Of a DNA stretch of 40,000 nt, positions 8,802 to 17,508 are shown piece after piece (within the stretch, counting starts at the first letter, position 1; every line of letters begins with the position of its first letter). The notes under the pieces are model-generated. The model made no database searches and was not told the origin of the DNA. It saw nothing but the letters and a program-made list of their open reading frames with translations. Both the position numbers and the translations under genes were made by a program. The DNA comes from Pseudomonas phage Noxifer, in sequence record MF063068.1, one strand, 5' to 3'.

Positions 8802-9585
8802 CCTTAGCCGGCGTAGCCATCAGAAAGAGCTTAAATTCATAGACTCTGAAACCCCTTACATCCTGCGGCCAGCCCGCATGGCCACCATCTGGGATATACC
8901 GACTGGTTCCTTTTTGAATGACCCACATATCGGCCTGCGTCGTGGTGAGCATCACCCTCTGAGCGCGTGGCACCAACAGGCCGTACGGCACATGAATGGT
9001 CCTCAGCAACTCATCAACCTGCGTAAGCAGTACTATGAGGCCTGCTATCGTTGGCGTACTGGCAAAACAGGTGATCCCAAGCTCCATTTCCAATCGTCGT
9101 TCTCAGGCACCACTTACTCCGACTGGTTGGGTAAAGAATACCAACAGGTGCTGCGTTATGCCAAATGCGAACCGATGACGCCACCGCCTTTCGCTATTGA
9201 GCTGACGCCGCTGATGTTCCTGCGTGAACTCCAGTCGGAAGAATGGCGTTGGTTTGCTGTACGTCGTTCTGGTAAGTCTCTTTCGATGGCCAAGCAATTG
9301 GAAATCCATCGTGAGAAGATGTTGGATTCGGTGCGCCTCCCAATGCCTGCACTCAACATGCAGCTCCTGCCTGAACCAGCCCCCACCTACCGTATCTACG
9401 ACTACATGGATTCTTATAGTGCTTTCCATACGGTGAGCTTTCATATCCCGGAACACGAGGTCAAAGCGATGAGCCTCAAGATCCGTGGTGCTTCTCAGTT
9501 CGGTCGGGGTAAGCGTCAAGCGCCGGTAGAGCCGTTGTTCACACTGGACATCAAAGGCGACTATCATCGCTGGGCTAATCGCTAG
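8788..9585 (+). CDS. Hypothetical phage protein, 265 aa
   Basis: Complete ORF ending at a convergent terminator. Confidence 0.7.
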   Translation: MHPYDLSRRSHQKELKFIDSETPYILRPARMATIWDIPTGSFLNDPHIGLRRGEHHPLSAWHQQAVRHMNGPQQLINLRKQYYEACYRWRTGKTGDPKLHFQSSFSGTTYSDWLGKEYQQVLRYAKCEPMTPPPFAIELTPLMFLRELQSEEWRWFAVRRSGKSLSMAKQLEIHREKMLDSVRLPMPALNMQLLPEPAPTYRIYDYMDSYSAFHTVSFHIPEHEVKAMSLKIRGASQFGRGKRQAPVEPLFTLDIKGDYHRWANR

Positions 9586-9590
9586 GCGGC

Positions 9591-9622
9591 ATAAAACCCC
9601 TCCCGTCTGGGAGGGGCTTATG
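9591..9622. terminator. Bidirectional terminator CATAAAA-CCCCTCCC-GTCT-GGGAGGGG-CTTATG
   Basis: Perfect 8-bp stem extended by CATAA/TTATG, placed between convergent genes. Confidence 0.85.
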
Positions 9623-10699
9623 TCAGCTCACCATGGCTAAGACTTGTTCGACTTGTGTCTTGTAGGTCTTAGCCAGTTCAGGATCACCAATGGTGCCGAT
9701 GGTGTTATCCCACTTAGCTTCGAGCAGAGCAATCTTCACCTTGCCCAAGGCTGCTCCGTCTATGCCGTGTGGTCCACTTAAGGCTTGGCTCACCAAATAC
9801 TTCACGTAAGGCAACCGGGCGAGGATGATCGCCCATTCGTTCTGCCGTGTGACCGGGTCCTTAGGAATACCCGCCACATGAAACAGGTTATCCGACGCGA
9901 TCGCTGGTGTACACCACGCCAGTTGTTCGATGTCATCATTGCGCAGCTTCGAGGATTCATTGACAACCCCAATGATCCCGTTGATGCGTGGTACCAGATC
10001 CGTCAAATAGAACGGGTGTGGTTTAGGGAAGTTCGCCGTACCGATACCTTGGGACGAACGAGCCAGCCTATTAAAGAAGGCAATGTCCAGATAGCTGTCA
10101 GTCGCATTCGGCAGCACGTAGCCACCAATGAACCGCGTCAGGGAATCGATAGCATCGGCCCCGGCGTATTGACGCAACCAGTAACGATACATCACTGCCA
10201 GCATTGGAATGTTGATCGTGGCAATCCCGTAACCTTTACCCGGGGTTGTGTTGTTCATGATCGGCAGGTTGACATCGGTCCGACTGTGGTAGAGGTAACG
10301 CAATGGAGTCAAGTCACGCCACTTCTGTTTAAGGTCCGACATGTCGAACGATTCAGAGTTGGCCAAGATAACTTCACTGGTTGCTTCCCCCAGTGTGACA
10401 CCGCTGGTGAAGCTTTTGCCCCGGCTGATCGAGGAAGTAAAACCGAAAGACTTGATCAACGGATCAGCGACGTCTTCGACCATTGCTGCAAAGGTGCGAT
10501 CATCCAAATCCATGCGGATGTGAATGTGACGAAGGATCTGCGCAAACAGGTTCGCACCATCGACGTATTTGGGATTACGGCGATAGTAGGATTTGACATC
10601 CTCTAGCATGCCTTTATACATGCGCCGGACGTAGATCAGATCAGGGAATACATAAGCGCTCGTCTTGCGGGACGGGACGCCTTTGAAGAGATCGTACAT
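9623..10699 (-). CDS. Phage protein of unknown function, 358 aa
   Basis: Complete minus-strand ORF between the convergent terminator and the divergent AT-rich region. The opposing 273-aa ORF (9785-10606) is a shadow. Confidence 0.8.
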   Translation of the reverse strand: MYDLFKGVPSRKTSAYVFPDLIYVRRMYKGMLEDVKSYYRRNPKYVDGANLFAQILRHIHIRMDLDDRTFAAMVEDVADPLIKSFGFTSSISRGKSFTSGVTLGEATSEVILANSESFDMSDLKQKWRDLTPLRYLYHSRTDVNLPIMNNTTPGKGYGIATINIPMLAVMYRYWLRQYAGADAIDSLTRFIGGYVLPNATDSYLDIAFFNRLARSSQGIGTANFPKPHPFYLTDLVPRINGIIGVVNESSKLRNDDIEQLAWCTPAIASDNLFHVAGIPKDPVTRQNEWAIILARLPYVKYLVSQALSGPHGIDGAALGKVKIALLEAKWDNTIGTIGDPELAKTYKTQVEQVLAMVS

Positions 10700-10731
10700 G
10701 ACTGCATCCCGAATGAAAAATAATTAACCAC

Positions 10732-10746
10732 TATATCATCGTTGTG
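10732..10746 (+). promoter_or_regulatory. Candidate phage promoter TATATCATCGTTGTG
   Basis: Member of a recurrent intergenic motif; AT-rich divergent region. Confidence 0.5.
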
Positions 10747-10779
10747 ATATTGAACCAGTATATAGCTAAGGAGCTAGTC

Positions 10780-10935
10780 GTGGGTACCCCTCTCTCGTTG
10801 GACGAACGTGTAGCAATCGCAGCAGACAAAGGCGCCAACATCTCAACTGAAGAATGGACCGAGGAACCCGGTGGTGCAGAAGAGCTTGGTAGCTTTCTCG
10901 ACACCCTGGATGTACCTCGCGAAAAAGAAGAATAA
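10780..10935 (+). CDS. Acidic microprotein, 51 aa (MGTPLSLDERVAIAADKGANISTEEWTEEPGGAEELGSFLDTLDVPREKEE)
   Basis: GTG start at 10780 with a strong AAGGAG RBS; the track ORF starts upstream at GTG 10744 without an RBS. Confidence 0.5.
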   Translation: MGTPLSLDERVAIAADKGANISTEEWTEEPGGAEELGSFLDTLDVPREKEE

Positions 10936-11072
10936 AAGTTTTACACGCTGTAGTGTATAGTATGTGAACTAGCATTTGGTTCATCGCACCTTTGGTGTAT
11001 GTCCCTATGCTGCCGACTATTGATGTGTTTTTACATTACCACAGCAAAGTGGAATTAAAAATACTTCGAGCC

Positions 11073-11087
11073 TATATCACGTAGTTG
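11073..11087 (+). promoter_or_regulatory. Candidate phage promoter TATATCACGTAGTTG upstream of the ChmA candidate
   Basis: Recurrent TATATCA[TC] motif, 58 bases upstream of the ATG. Confidence 0.5.
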
Positions 11088-11144
11088 AAGATCCGAGCAT
11101 AACTCGGCGAACACTGATATTCCCAACCAAAAGGAAACACTGCA

Positions 11145-13022
11145 ATGCCAATCGAAGACGAAAGCACCGGCCAGAACGCTCAGGGCCAAACCCCGCCGAA
11201 TGCTTCGGCTCCGGGTCAAACCCAGAACCCTTACACCAGCACCACTCAACAGGCGCAGCGCACCATGCATCTGAGCGACGTAAACAATGTCCTGGCCCGT
11301 GGCGGCAAGGCAGAAAACACCGAAGGCCGTTCCGGCGAACTGCTGACTGCACTGACCGCTGCTGGTAAAGCTGCCGTCGCCAGCCAGAACCTGGACTCCA
11401 ACTTCGATCTGATCCGTTTCGACCGCGACCAACACCGTGTCGGCGTCGGCGCTATCCTGGTCATGCGTTCCTTCCGTAAGGGCGCTGATACCTACATCTC
11501 GGTTCGCCCTCTGCTGGTCGAGAACAAGCAGGTGACCCTGAAGCCTCGCATCCTGACCATCGGCAACGAGCGCATCGAGATCCCGACCTACGTCGCCGAC
11601 ACCCTGTCCGACGAATACTGGGCTCGCGTCGTTCGCCATGTGCAAGAACACGTGTCGAACCCGAACGCCATCGTGGCCAACGCCGGCTACCTGGAAGTGC
11701 CTGCTGACTTCGACGTCAGCGAGAAGAACACCGCCGACGTATCGAAGCTGCTGACCACTTCGGTCAACCGTTGCGACGACGTGCTGGCCCGCGTCAACGG
11801 CGAAACTCCGTTCAACATCGCGCAGTTCAAAGCGGCGAACGAAGTTCTGACCGCCAAGCTGGACTTCTCCGCTACCCCGCGCTTCAACCTGTTCGGTGAG
11901 CCGGTACGTAACGACATCCAGGTCCTGATGAACCGCTCGATCAAGGGCAACGCCGACGCCGATCCGTTCTACGACGCCGACACCCAGTTCAGCTCCGTGG
12001 CTTGCTACGTGAACCTGGAATACGCGCCGCCTGTTCAGGCTCAAGGTTACGCTCCGGCCGCCGTGGTCGAAACTCAGCTGTTCACTCCGACCATCGTCAT
12101 CACTGACGTGCGTCAAGCCAGCTGGATCGCCGCGAACACTCCTGAGCTGTACTTCCTGGCTCTGTCCAACGCCTACCGCGTAACTGCTGGTACTGCGTGG
12201 GCCGGTAGCCTGCTGCCAGACGTGGCCAAGAAAGACGATCCTCGCGACATCGGTGCTCTGACCTACCTGACCAAGGAAGCGAAGAAAACCAAGACCAAGT
12301 CCGACACCTTCACGCCGCAGCATTTCGGCGAGCTGATGTTCATGCTGGTCCGTCCGAACCCGACCTTCCTGCTCGACGTCAACCCAGTGGGTGAAAACGC
12401 CGCGATCGAGAACGTCCTGCTCATGGCTGCCAGCGATGGCCCAGCTCGCGAGAAGGCCGTACTGGCTCTGGTGAACAGCCTCAACAACCTGACCGGCGGC
12501 CACTTCAGCCAGCTGTTCGATCACACCAAGCACCACCTCATCCGCATGTACGGCACCGACGTACACCGTGGTTTCTACCTGGACGAGCGCGAAGAGCGCC
12601 ACGACCTGCGTGACCTCGGTACGCTGGAAGCGCTGAACGCCTCGGGTGGCAACATCCAGGAATTCATCGCCTACTACCGCACCATGTGCGACGGCAACAT
12701 CAACCCAGAGATCCGCCTGAAACAGCGCGTCGGTTACGAGCGTCAGTACCTCAGCCAGAATCTGGTCATCCGTGGCAAGTACCACCGCCTGGTCTGGACT
12801 CCTGAGTTCATTCTGGCTCTGGACAATGCTGTCAAGGCTGCCGGTGTATCGGTCGACGTGGAAAACGTCAGCACCGTATACGGCACCCAGCGCTTCACCG
12901 GCAACACCGCTGTTACCCAGTTCGCTGTTTCGCAACAAGCGACCTACGGCATCGGCGGCCAAGTGAATGGTGGCGGTTACGGCATCACTCCAGGCGCCGG
13001 CGCTGGTACCATGGTCTACTAA
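11145..13022 (+). CDS. chmA: Candidate phage-nucleus shell protein (chimallin; phiKZ gp54 / 201phi2-1 gp105-like), 625 aa
   Basis: Directly upstream of an RNAP beta'-N gene, as phiKZ gp54 precedes gp55. Size is right, coding sequence is strongly codon-biased, and it has its own candidate promoter and strong terminator. Assignment is by synteny and properties, not alignment. Confidence 0.72.
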   Translation: MPIEDESTGQNAQGQTPPNASAPGQTQNPYTSTTQQAQRTMHLSDVNNVLARGGKAENTEGRSGELLTALTAAGKAAVASQNLDSNFDLIRFDRDQHRVGVGAILVMRSFRKGADTYISVRPLLVENKQVTLKPRILTIGNERIEIPTYVADTLSDEYWARVVRHVQEHVSNPNAIVANAGYLEVPADFDVSEKNTADVSKLLTTSVNRCDDVLARVNGETPFNIAQFKAANEVLTAKLDFSATPRFNLFGEPVRNDIQVLMNRSIKGNADADPFYDADTQFSSVACYVNLEYAPPVQAQGYAPAAVVETQLFTPTIVITDVRQASWIAANTPELYFLALSNAYRVTAGTAWAGSLLPDVAKKDDPRDIGALTYLTKEAKKTKTKSDTFTPQHFGELMFMLVRPNPTFLLDVNPVGENAAIENVLLMAASDGPAREKAVLALVNSLNNLTGGHFSQLFDHTKHHLIRMYGTDVHRGFYLDEREERHDLRDLGTLEALNASGGNIQEFIAYYRTMCDGNINPEIRLKQRVGYERQYLSQNLVIRGKYHRLVWTPEFILALDNAVKAAGVSVDVENVSTVYGTQRFTGNTAVTQFAVSQQATYGIGGQVNGGGYGITPGAGAGTMVY

Positions 13023-13045
13023 GACCAAGCGCAACCCTGCGGTAA

Positions 13046-13080
13046 AAGAGGGGGCCTTCGGGTCCCCTCTCTCTTTTTTT
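13046..13080 (+). terminator. Strong intrinsic terminator AGAGGGGGCC-TTCG-GGTCCCCTCT plus T-run
   Basis: UUCG-loop hairpin with a long T tract. Confidence 0.92.
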
Positions 13081-13106
13081 GCCCTCCCACACGGAAAGGA
13101 CAGAGC

Positions 13107-14579
13107 ATGGGTGTTAGCCTTCAGTGTGTCAATCATGACGAGGTCTTTAACAACCTCCCGTACGAACCCTTGATGGTGAACTCACTCGACACCAGCACTC
13201 CCGAGAAGCTGATCGAGTTCAAGCGTCACATCTACAGCCATTATAACAACAGCGACACCATCGAGGAGTCCGCTGCCTGTACGTGCAAGAAGATCACCGA
13301 TGTTGAGAAGATCGGCACCTATTGTCCGGACTGCCACACGAAAGTAGAAGGCAGTAACGAACGTCCAATCGTTCCGAGCATGTGGATGGATGCGCCGGAA
13401 GGTGTAACCAGTCTGATCAGTCCACACTTGTGGATCATTCTCGACAGCAACACCACGACGAAGGAGTTCAACTTCCTCCGTTACCTCACGGACACCAAAT
13501 ACAAATTCACTTACGAACGTTTGAGTTCCAAGGAAACCAAGCGTAAAGTGGATCGGTTGCTTGAGAAGAACTTCGAGCGTGGCTTGAACGCGTTCATCCG
13601 GGACTTCGACACTATTGTTGAGTTCTTCTTCCAGGCCAACATCATCGACAAGAACAAGGCTGAACTCAGCCAGTTCATTCGCAACAACAAGCACTGCTTC
13701 TTCCCGCAAGTGCTGCCGTTGCCGTCGAGGGTGTGTATGGTGGTTGAATCCACCACCAGCGGTACCTACATCGACAAGCCAATTCTGTTGGCTGTGGACG
13801 CCGCTCTGTCGATGGCGTCGATCGGGTCTACTAACTTTAAGTTAAAGCCCATCGAAGTTCAGAACATCACCGCTCAGTCTATCGCAACGCTGAGCATGTT
13901 CCACCAGATTTACGACAAAGACCGCCTGGCACGTAAGCCAGGTCTTATTCGTCGTCACGTGCTGGCCAGCAGTCTGTACTTGACTGGTCGTAACGTGATC
14001 ACCTCGATCTCCAAGCCGCACAACTACGAGCAGATCGAACTGCCGTGGGGTATGGCGGTACAGCTGTTTAAGTACCACATCATCTCGAAGTTGTTCAAAC
14101 GGGGCTATACGGCTAACAAAGCGTTGGCTGCGGTTTATCAGAACGTACTGAACGATACCCCCAACCCGTTGTTGGTGGAGATCTTCAACGAGCTGATTGC
14201 TGAATCGAACGGTGGTCTGGGTCCTGCGTGCATCTTTGGTCGTAACCCGACCTTGCAGCGCGGCTCGACGCAGATGTTCTACATCGGCACGATCAAAACG
14301 AACACACGCGACAATACCATCTCGATGTCGGTTCTGTGCCTCAAAGCACCGAACGCTGACTTCGACGGTGACCAACTCAACCTTACCTTGCTGGCAGACA
14401 ACCAGTTGACCCAGGCGGCGTCGCGTCTCGCACCCCACCTGTGGGTGTGGTCGTTGCATGCACCGCATGAAATCTCTGGTAACTTGGAGATCCAAGGCCC
14501 GGTCATTGAGACGGCAGCTAGCTGGATCACCCGAGCACGTCTGAAAGCGAAGGCCAATCGAGAAGGCAGAATGGCATGA
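13107..14579 (+). CDS. Non-virion RNAP beta' N-terminal subunit (phiKZ gp55-like)
   Basis: Catalytic loop NADFDGDQLN; zinc-ribbon-like CxC...CPDCH; preceding LQRGSTQMF segment; AAAGGA RBS. Confidence 0.93.
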   Translation: MGVSLQCVNHDEVFNNLPYEPLMVNSLDTSTPEKLIEFKRHIYSHYNNSDTIEESAACTCKKITDVEKIGTYCPDCHTKVEGSNERPIVPSMWMDAPEGVTSLISPHLWIILDSNTTTKEFNFLRYLTDTKYKFTYERLSSKETKRKVDRLLEKNFERGLNAFIRDFDTIVEFFFQANIIDKNKAELSQFIRNNKHCFFPQVLPLPSRVCMVVESTTSGTYIDKPILLAVDAALSMASIGSTNFKLKPIEVQNITAQSIATLSMFHQIYDKDRLARKPGLIRRHVLASSLYLTGRNVITSISKPHNYEQIELPWGMAVQLFKYHIISKLFKRGYTANKALAAVYQNVLNDTPNPLLVEIFNELIAESNGGLGPACIFGRNPTLQRGSTQMFYIGTIKTNTRDNTISMSVLCLKAPNADFDGDQLNLTLLADNQLTQAASRLAPHLWVWSLHAPHEISGNLEIQGPVIETAASWITRARLKAKANREGRMA

Positions 14580-15187
14580 GCGGATTTGCGGTATCTGGCG
14601 GGGACATTATTGATGTCTTCGCTGGAGGACACCTCAGCAACAACACGGTGAATTGGCTCGGTCAGCGCAACGAGTCGATCATGTCGACGGTTACCACGGC
14701 GGCGCAGAACTTCTTTCAGCAAGCGCAAACGTTATACAGCATGGTCTCATCATCTGATGCAATGATGCTGATGCGCAACATGAAAGCCAAAGCAGAGAAC
14801 ACCTGGGCGTTCGATATCGTGCCGATTCGAAACGTGGCGGAACTGCAAACAGCTAACCCGTACATGCAGCGCTGGATCATGGCCCAACCTGATCTGCGTC
14901 AGCGGTACCTCAACCAAGAAGTCGAAGGCTACGGCGAGTCGTATGTGAATCACCACGGTGACACGTTCGGTGAAGCGCATTATGACTACCGTCGCGTGAT
15001 GGATGGCGTCATGACGTACGACGACACCCAGTACGGCTTCAAGCATTACATGGAAGCAACACCACCGGAAGAACGCGAGCTCACCGTGTTCGAGAAGGTG
15101 GATGTCCTGCGTACGTGGCAAACGGTACAGCAGGCTCTGGACGATCAGGAAGAAGATCCAACTTCCGTCACCGGCGCCATGCTCTAA
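14576..15187 (+). CDS. Hypothetical phage protein, 203 aa
   Basis: ATGA overlap with the RNAP gene implies translational coupling. Confidence 0.75.
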   Translation: MSGFAVSGGDIIDVFAGGHLSNNTVNWLGQRNESIMSTVTTAAQNFFQQAQTLYSMVSSSDAMMLMRNMKAKAENTWAFDIVPIRNVAELQTANPYMQRWIMAQPDLRQRYLNQEVEGYGESYVNHHGDTFGEAHYDYRRVMDGVMTYDDTQYGFKHYMEATPPEERELTVFEKVDVLRTWQTVQQALDDQEEDPTSVTGAML

Positions 15188-15196
15188 CCCAACCCA

Positions 15197-15226
15197 GAGC
15201 CGCCTGTAAAAAGGCGGCTTTTATTC
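15197..15226 (+). terminator. Terminator AGCCGCC-TGTAAAAA-GGCGGCTTTTATT
   Basis: Perfect stem plus T-rich tail. Confidence 0.8.
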
Positions 15227-15239
15227 CGAGTCTACGATT

Positions 15240-15578
15240 ATGTCTTATCATCTCTTGCAGAAGAACGACAAAGGTTTCTATGAAGTTGACGGTCGGGATA
15301 CCCGACTGGAAGTGATCGCAAATGGCGTCACCATCGGCGCGTTCGATGATGCTCCACTGCATGCCAAGTTCAAGATCGGTCACGACACCTACTACATCGA
15401 CACCGGCGCCCATGAAGGCGGCCGGATCATGGAGGTCAGTCGTCTGGAGCTTGACGAAGAAGGCAACGTCGTCAAGTACCACCAACTGGATTGCCTGGAA
15501 ATCATGAAGGGACATCCGATCAACCGTTTCCTCATCGTGTCGGGTGTTTCCCTGCACGACGAATTCTTGGACCGCTAA
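15240..15578 (+). CDS. Hypothetical phage protein, 112 aa
   Basis: Complete ORF. Confidence 0.7.
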   Translation: MSYHLLQKNDKGFYEVDGRDTRLEVIANGVTIGAFDDAPLHAKFKIGHDTYYIDTGAHEGGRIMEVSRLELDEEGNVVKYHQLDCLEIMKGHPINRFLIVSGVSLHDEFLDR

Positions 15579-15635
15579 CCATGGTCCTTTCGCTGTAACC
15601 AACCCTGTAATACCAACCTGAAGGAATGTAACAAG

Positions 15636-16520
15636 ATGAAAAATGTGTTCCTCGCTGTTCTGATGATGGCATCGGCTTCGGCCATGGCTGCTCCAACCCT
15701 GACTGTCTGCACCGGTGGTCAAGGTGGTGCATACGAAGCCTTGGGTAAAGACATCGGTAAAGCGATTGTCGACAAGGTCAAGGTCACCAGCCCTACCGAA
15801 CTGCAAGTGCTCAACACCGGTGGTTCGGTCGAGAACGCCCAGCGTGTAACCAATGGCTCCTGTGCCATGGCCATCATGCAGGGTGACGCTGTCGCTAGCC
15901 GTGGGCTGCCACGCGACATCAAGGTCACCAACGCACACGAAGAGGTGATCTACTGGATTCACGGCAAAGACGGCCTGAAGGACTTCGCTGATATCAGCAA
16001 GGCCGAAAACAAGAACCTGGGCATCGCCATCGTCAATGGCTCCGGCGCACAGATCACCATCGAGAACTTCGGTGCTACGGACGAGGACTACAAAGACCTC
16101 AACCTGATCTCGTTCGAAGACTGGGAATACGCCGCCGAAGCAACTGCCAACGGCCAAACCCGTTCTGCCGGTAAAGAAGTGAAGATCGCTGGCATGCTTT
16201 ACGTCGGTCGCGCTGGCTTCCTGCCGGGTGCAATCACCAACGACTACAGCCAAGACCTGTCTGTAGGTGAAATCAACGAATCCAACTTCACCAAGGCCAA
16301 GGACTACAACGGTACCCAGCTGTACACCAAGTGCGAAATCAACAAAGGTGACACTGGCCCGCTGAAGACCGATACCTTCTTCAAGCCTGATACCCTGTGC
16401 ATGCGTGCTCAAGTCGTGTTCAACAACGACTACGTCAACACCATGGCCGATGCTGATCAGCGTGTAATGCGTAAAGCAGTCATGCAAGGCACCAGCCAGG
16501 TTCTGCGTAACAGCCGCTAA
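15636..16520 (+). CDS. Secreted TAXI-family TRAP solute-receptor-like (periplasmic binding protein-like) phage protein, 294 aa
   Basis: Sec signal peptide MKNVFLAVLMMASASAMA|APT, then LTVCTGGQGGAYEALGKDIGKAI resembling the TAXI N-terminal TGxxGGxYxxxG signature; RBS AAGGAA. Confidence 0.65.
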   Translation: MKNVFLAVLMMASASAMAAPTLTVCTGGQGGAYEALGKDIGKAIVDKVKVTSPTELQVLNTGGSVENAQRVTNGSCAMAIMQGDAVASRGLPRDIKVTNAHEEVIYWIHGKDGLKDFADISKAENKNLGIAIVNGSGAQITIENFGATDEDYKDLNLISFEDWEYAAEATANGQTRSAGKEVKIAGMLYVGRAGFLPGAITNDYSQDLSVGEINESNFTKAKDYNGTQLYTKCEINKGDTGPLKTDTFFKPDTLCMRAQVVFNNDYVNTMADADQRVMRKAVMQGTSQVLRNSR

Positions 16521-16538
16521 TGCGGCGCCGGTGACGGC

Positions 16539-16575
16539 ATAAAGGGGGCCTTCGGGCTCCCTTTATTTTTTTGTT
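16539..16575 (+). terminator. Terminator AAAGGGGGCC-TTCG-GGCTCCCTTTATTTTTTT
   Basis: Long UUCG hairpin with T tract. Confidence 0.9.
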
Positions 16576-16622
16576 TTTTGGTTTTCGTGAGTAATCGGAT
16601 GTATTTAACTGGAGGTGCATAA

Positions 16623-17027
16623 ATGCCCACCTACATCCCGACCATGTCCATGATGGGTTGGACTGGTACGCCTCATGAAAAAGCCGCTTACATGATCGGC
16701 TGTTTTATTGCTGCTAACTACTCCCAATCGACAGCGCTGTATGGAAAAATCACTACGCTCCAATATCTAGTGAAGAAGTACGCCCAGCGTCTGGATCAAT
16801 TGGAGAACGAACTGCGTACGTTGTTCGAGGAAAAGGTCAATGCGACTTTCCCCGGCGTAGCAACGTCAACAGTTTATGTTCGCCAAACTACCGAAGACAA
16901 CCCCGCTATTTGGTCGATCAGTCTGATCTGTGAGATCACCGAAAATGGCCGGGTCTACACCATCGGTAAGTTGGTCCAGTTCAACAACTCGGTAATGACC
17001 AAAATCTCGGATATCGCAAATGGCTGA
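16623..17027 (+). CDS. Hypothetical phage protein, 134 aa
   Basis: Strong GGAGGTG RBS; overlaps the next start. Confidence 0.75.
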   Translation: MPTYIPTMSMMGWTGTPHEKAAYMIGCFIAANYSQSTALYGKITTLQYLVKKYAQRLDQLENELRTLFEEKVNATFPGVATSTVYVRQTTEDNPAIWSISLICEITENGRVYTIGKLVQFNNSVMTKISDIANG

Positions 17028-17505
17028 TGAAAAGAAACCCATCGAACCACTGGCCCCACCACCGCGCCCTGAGGCCGGCAATACCCCTGAGCGTCTGCAT
17101 TACCTGGAGAAGCAGGTAGCCACTCAGGCCAAGCGTATCGAGTTCCTCGAAAACGCAAACCGTGACCTGATCCTCAACGTGCGCGAAGAAGCGATGCGTT
17201 TGCTGGGTACGGCTTTCGGTACTCTGGGCGAACAACTGCTGGTGGGTGCTGTAGCCCGTCACAAGTACAAGGCCGAAGAATGCAACGCTGAACGTCCGAT
17301 CAACGAGCAGACCTTCTACGCTCGTCAGATCACGCCGGGTCAGTGGGCTTATCACGTCATGCAGCCAAGCGCTAACGGCGATTTGGCAACTGAAGTGGTG
17401 CTGGAACGTCTGGCTAGCCCAATGGCTGTGGCCGTGCAAGAGTTCATCAGCAAACTGCCTGCCGACACCCCATCGGTGGCGTTCAACGTTTACCGCGAGG
17501 CTTAA
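17020..17505 (+). CDS. Hypothetical phage protein with N-terminal coiled-coil-like segment, 161 aa
   Basis: Complete ORF overlapping the upstream stop. Confidence 0.75.
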   Translation: MADEKKPIEPLAPPPRPEAGNTPERLHYLEKQVATQAKRIEFLENANRDLILNVREEAMRLLGTAFGTLGEQLLVGAVARHKYKAEECNAERPINEQTFYARQITPGQWAYHVMQPSANGDLATEVVLERLASPMAVAVQEFISKLPADTPSVAFNVYREA

Positions 17506-17508
17506 GCC

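Noticed and set aside
11055-13136. 693-aa minus-strand ORF over the ChmA candidate
   Set aside because: Shadow frame created by strong codon bias (few TTA/CTA/TCA codons). It spans the terminator and both neighbouring gene boundaries.
15168-16487. 439-aa minus-strand ORF
   Set aside because: Antisense to the signal-peptide-bearing TAXI-like gene and crosses a terminator.
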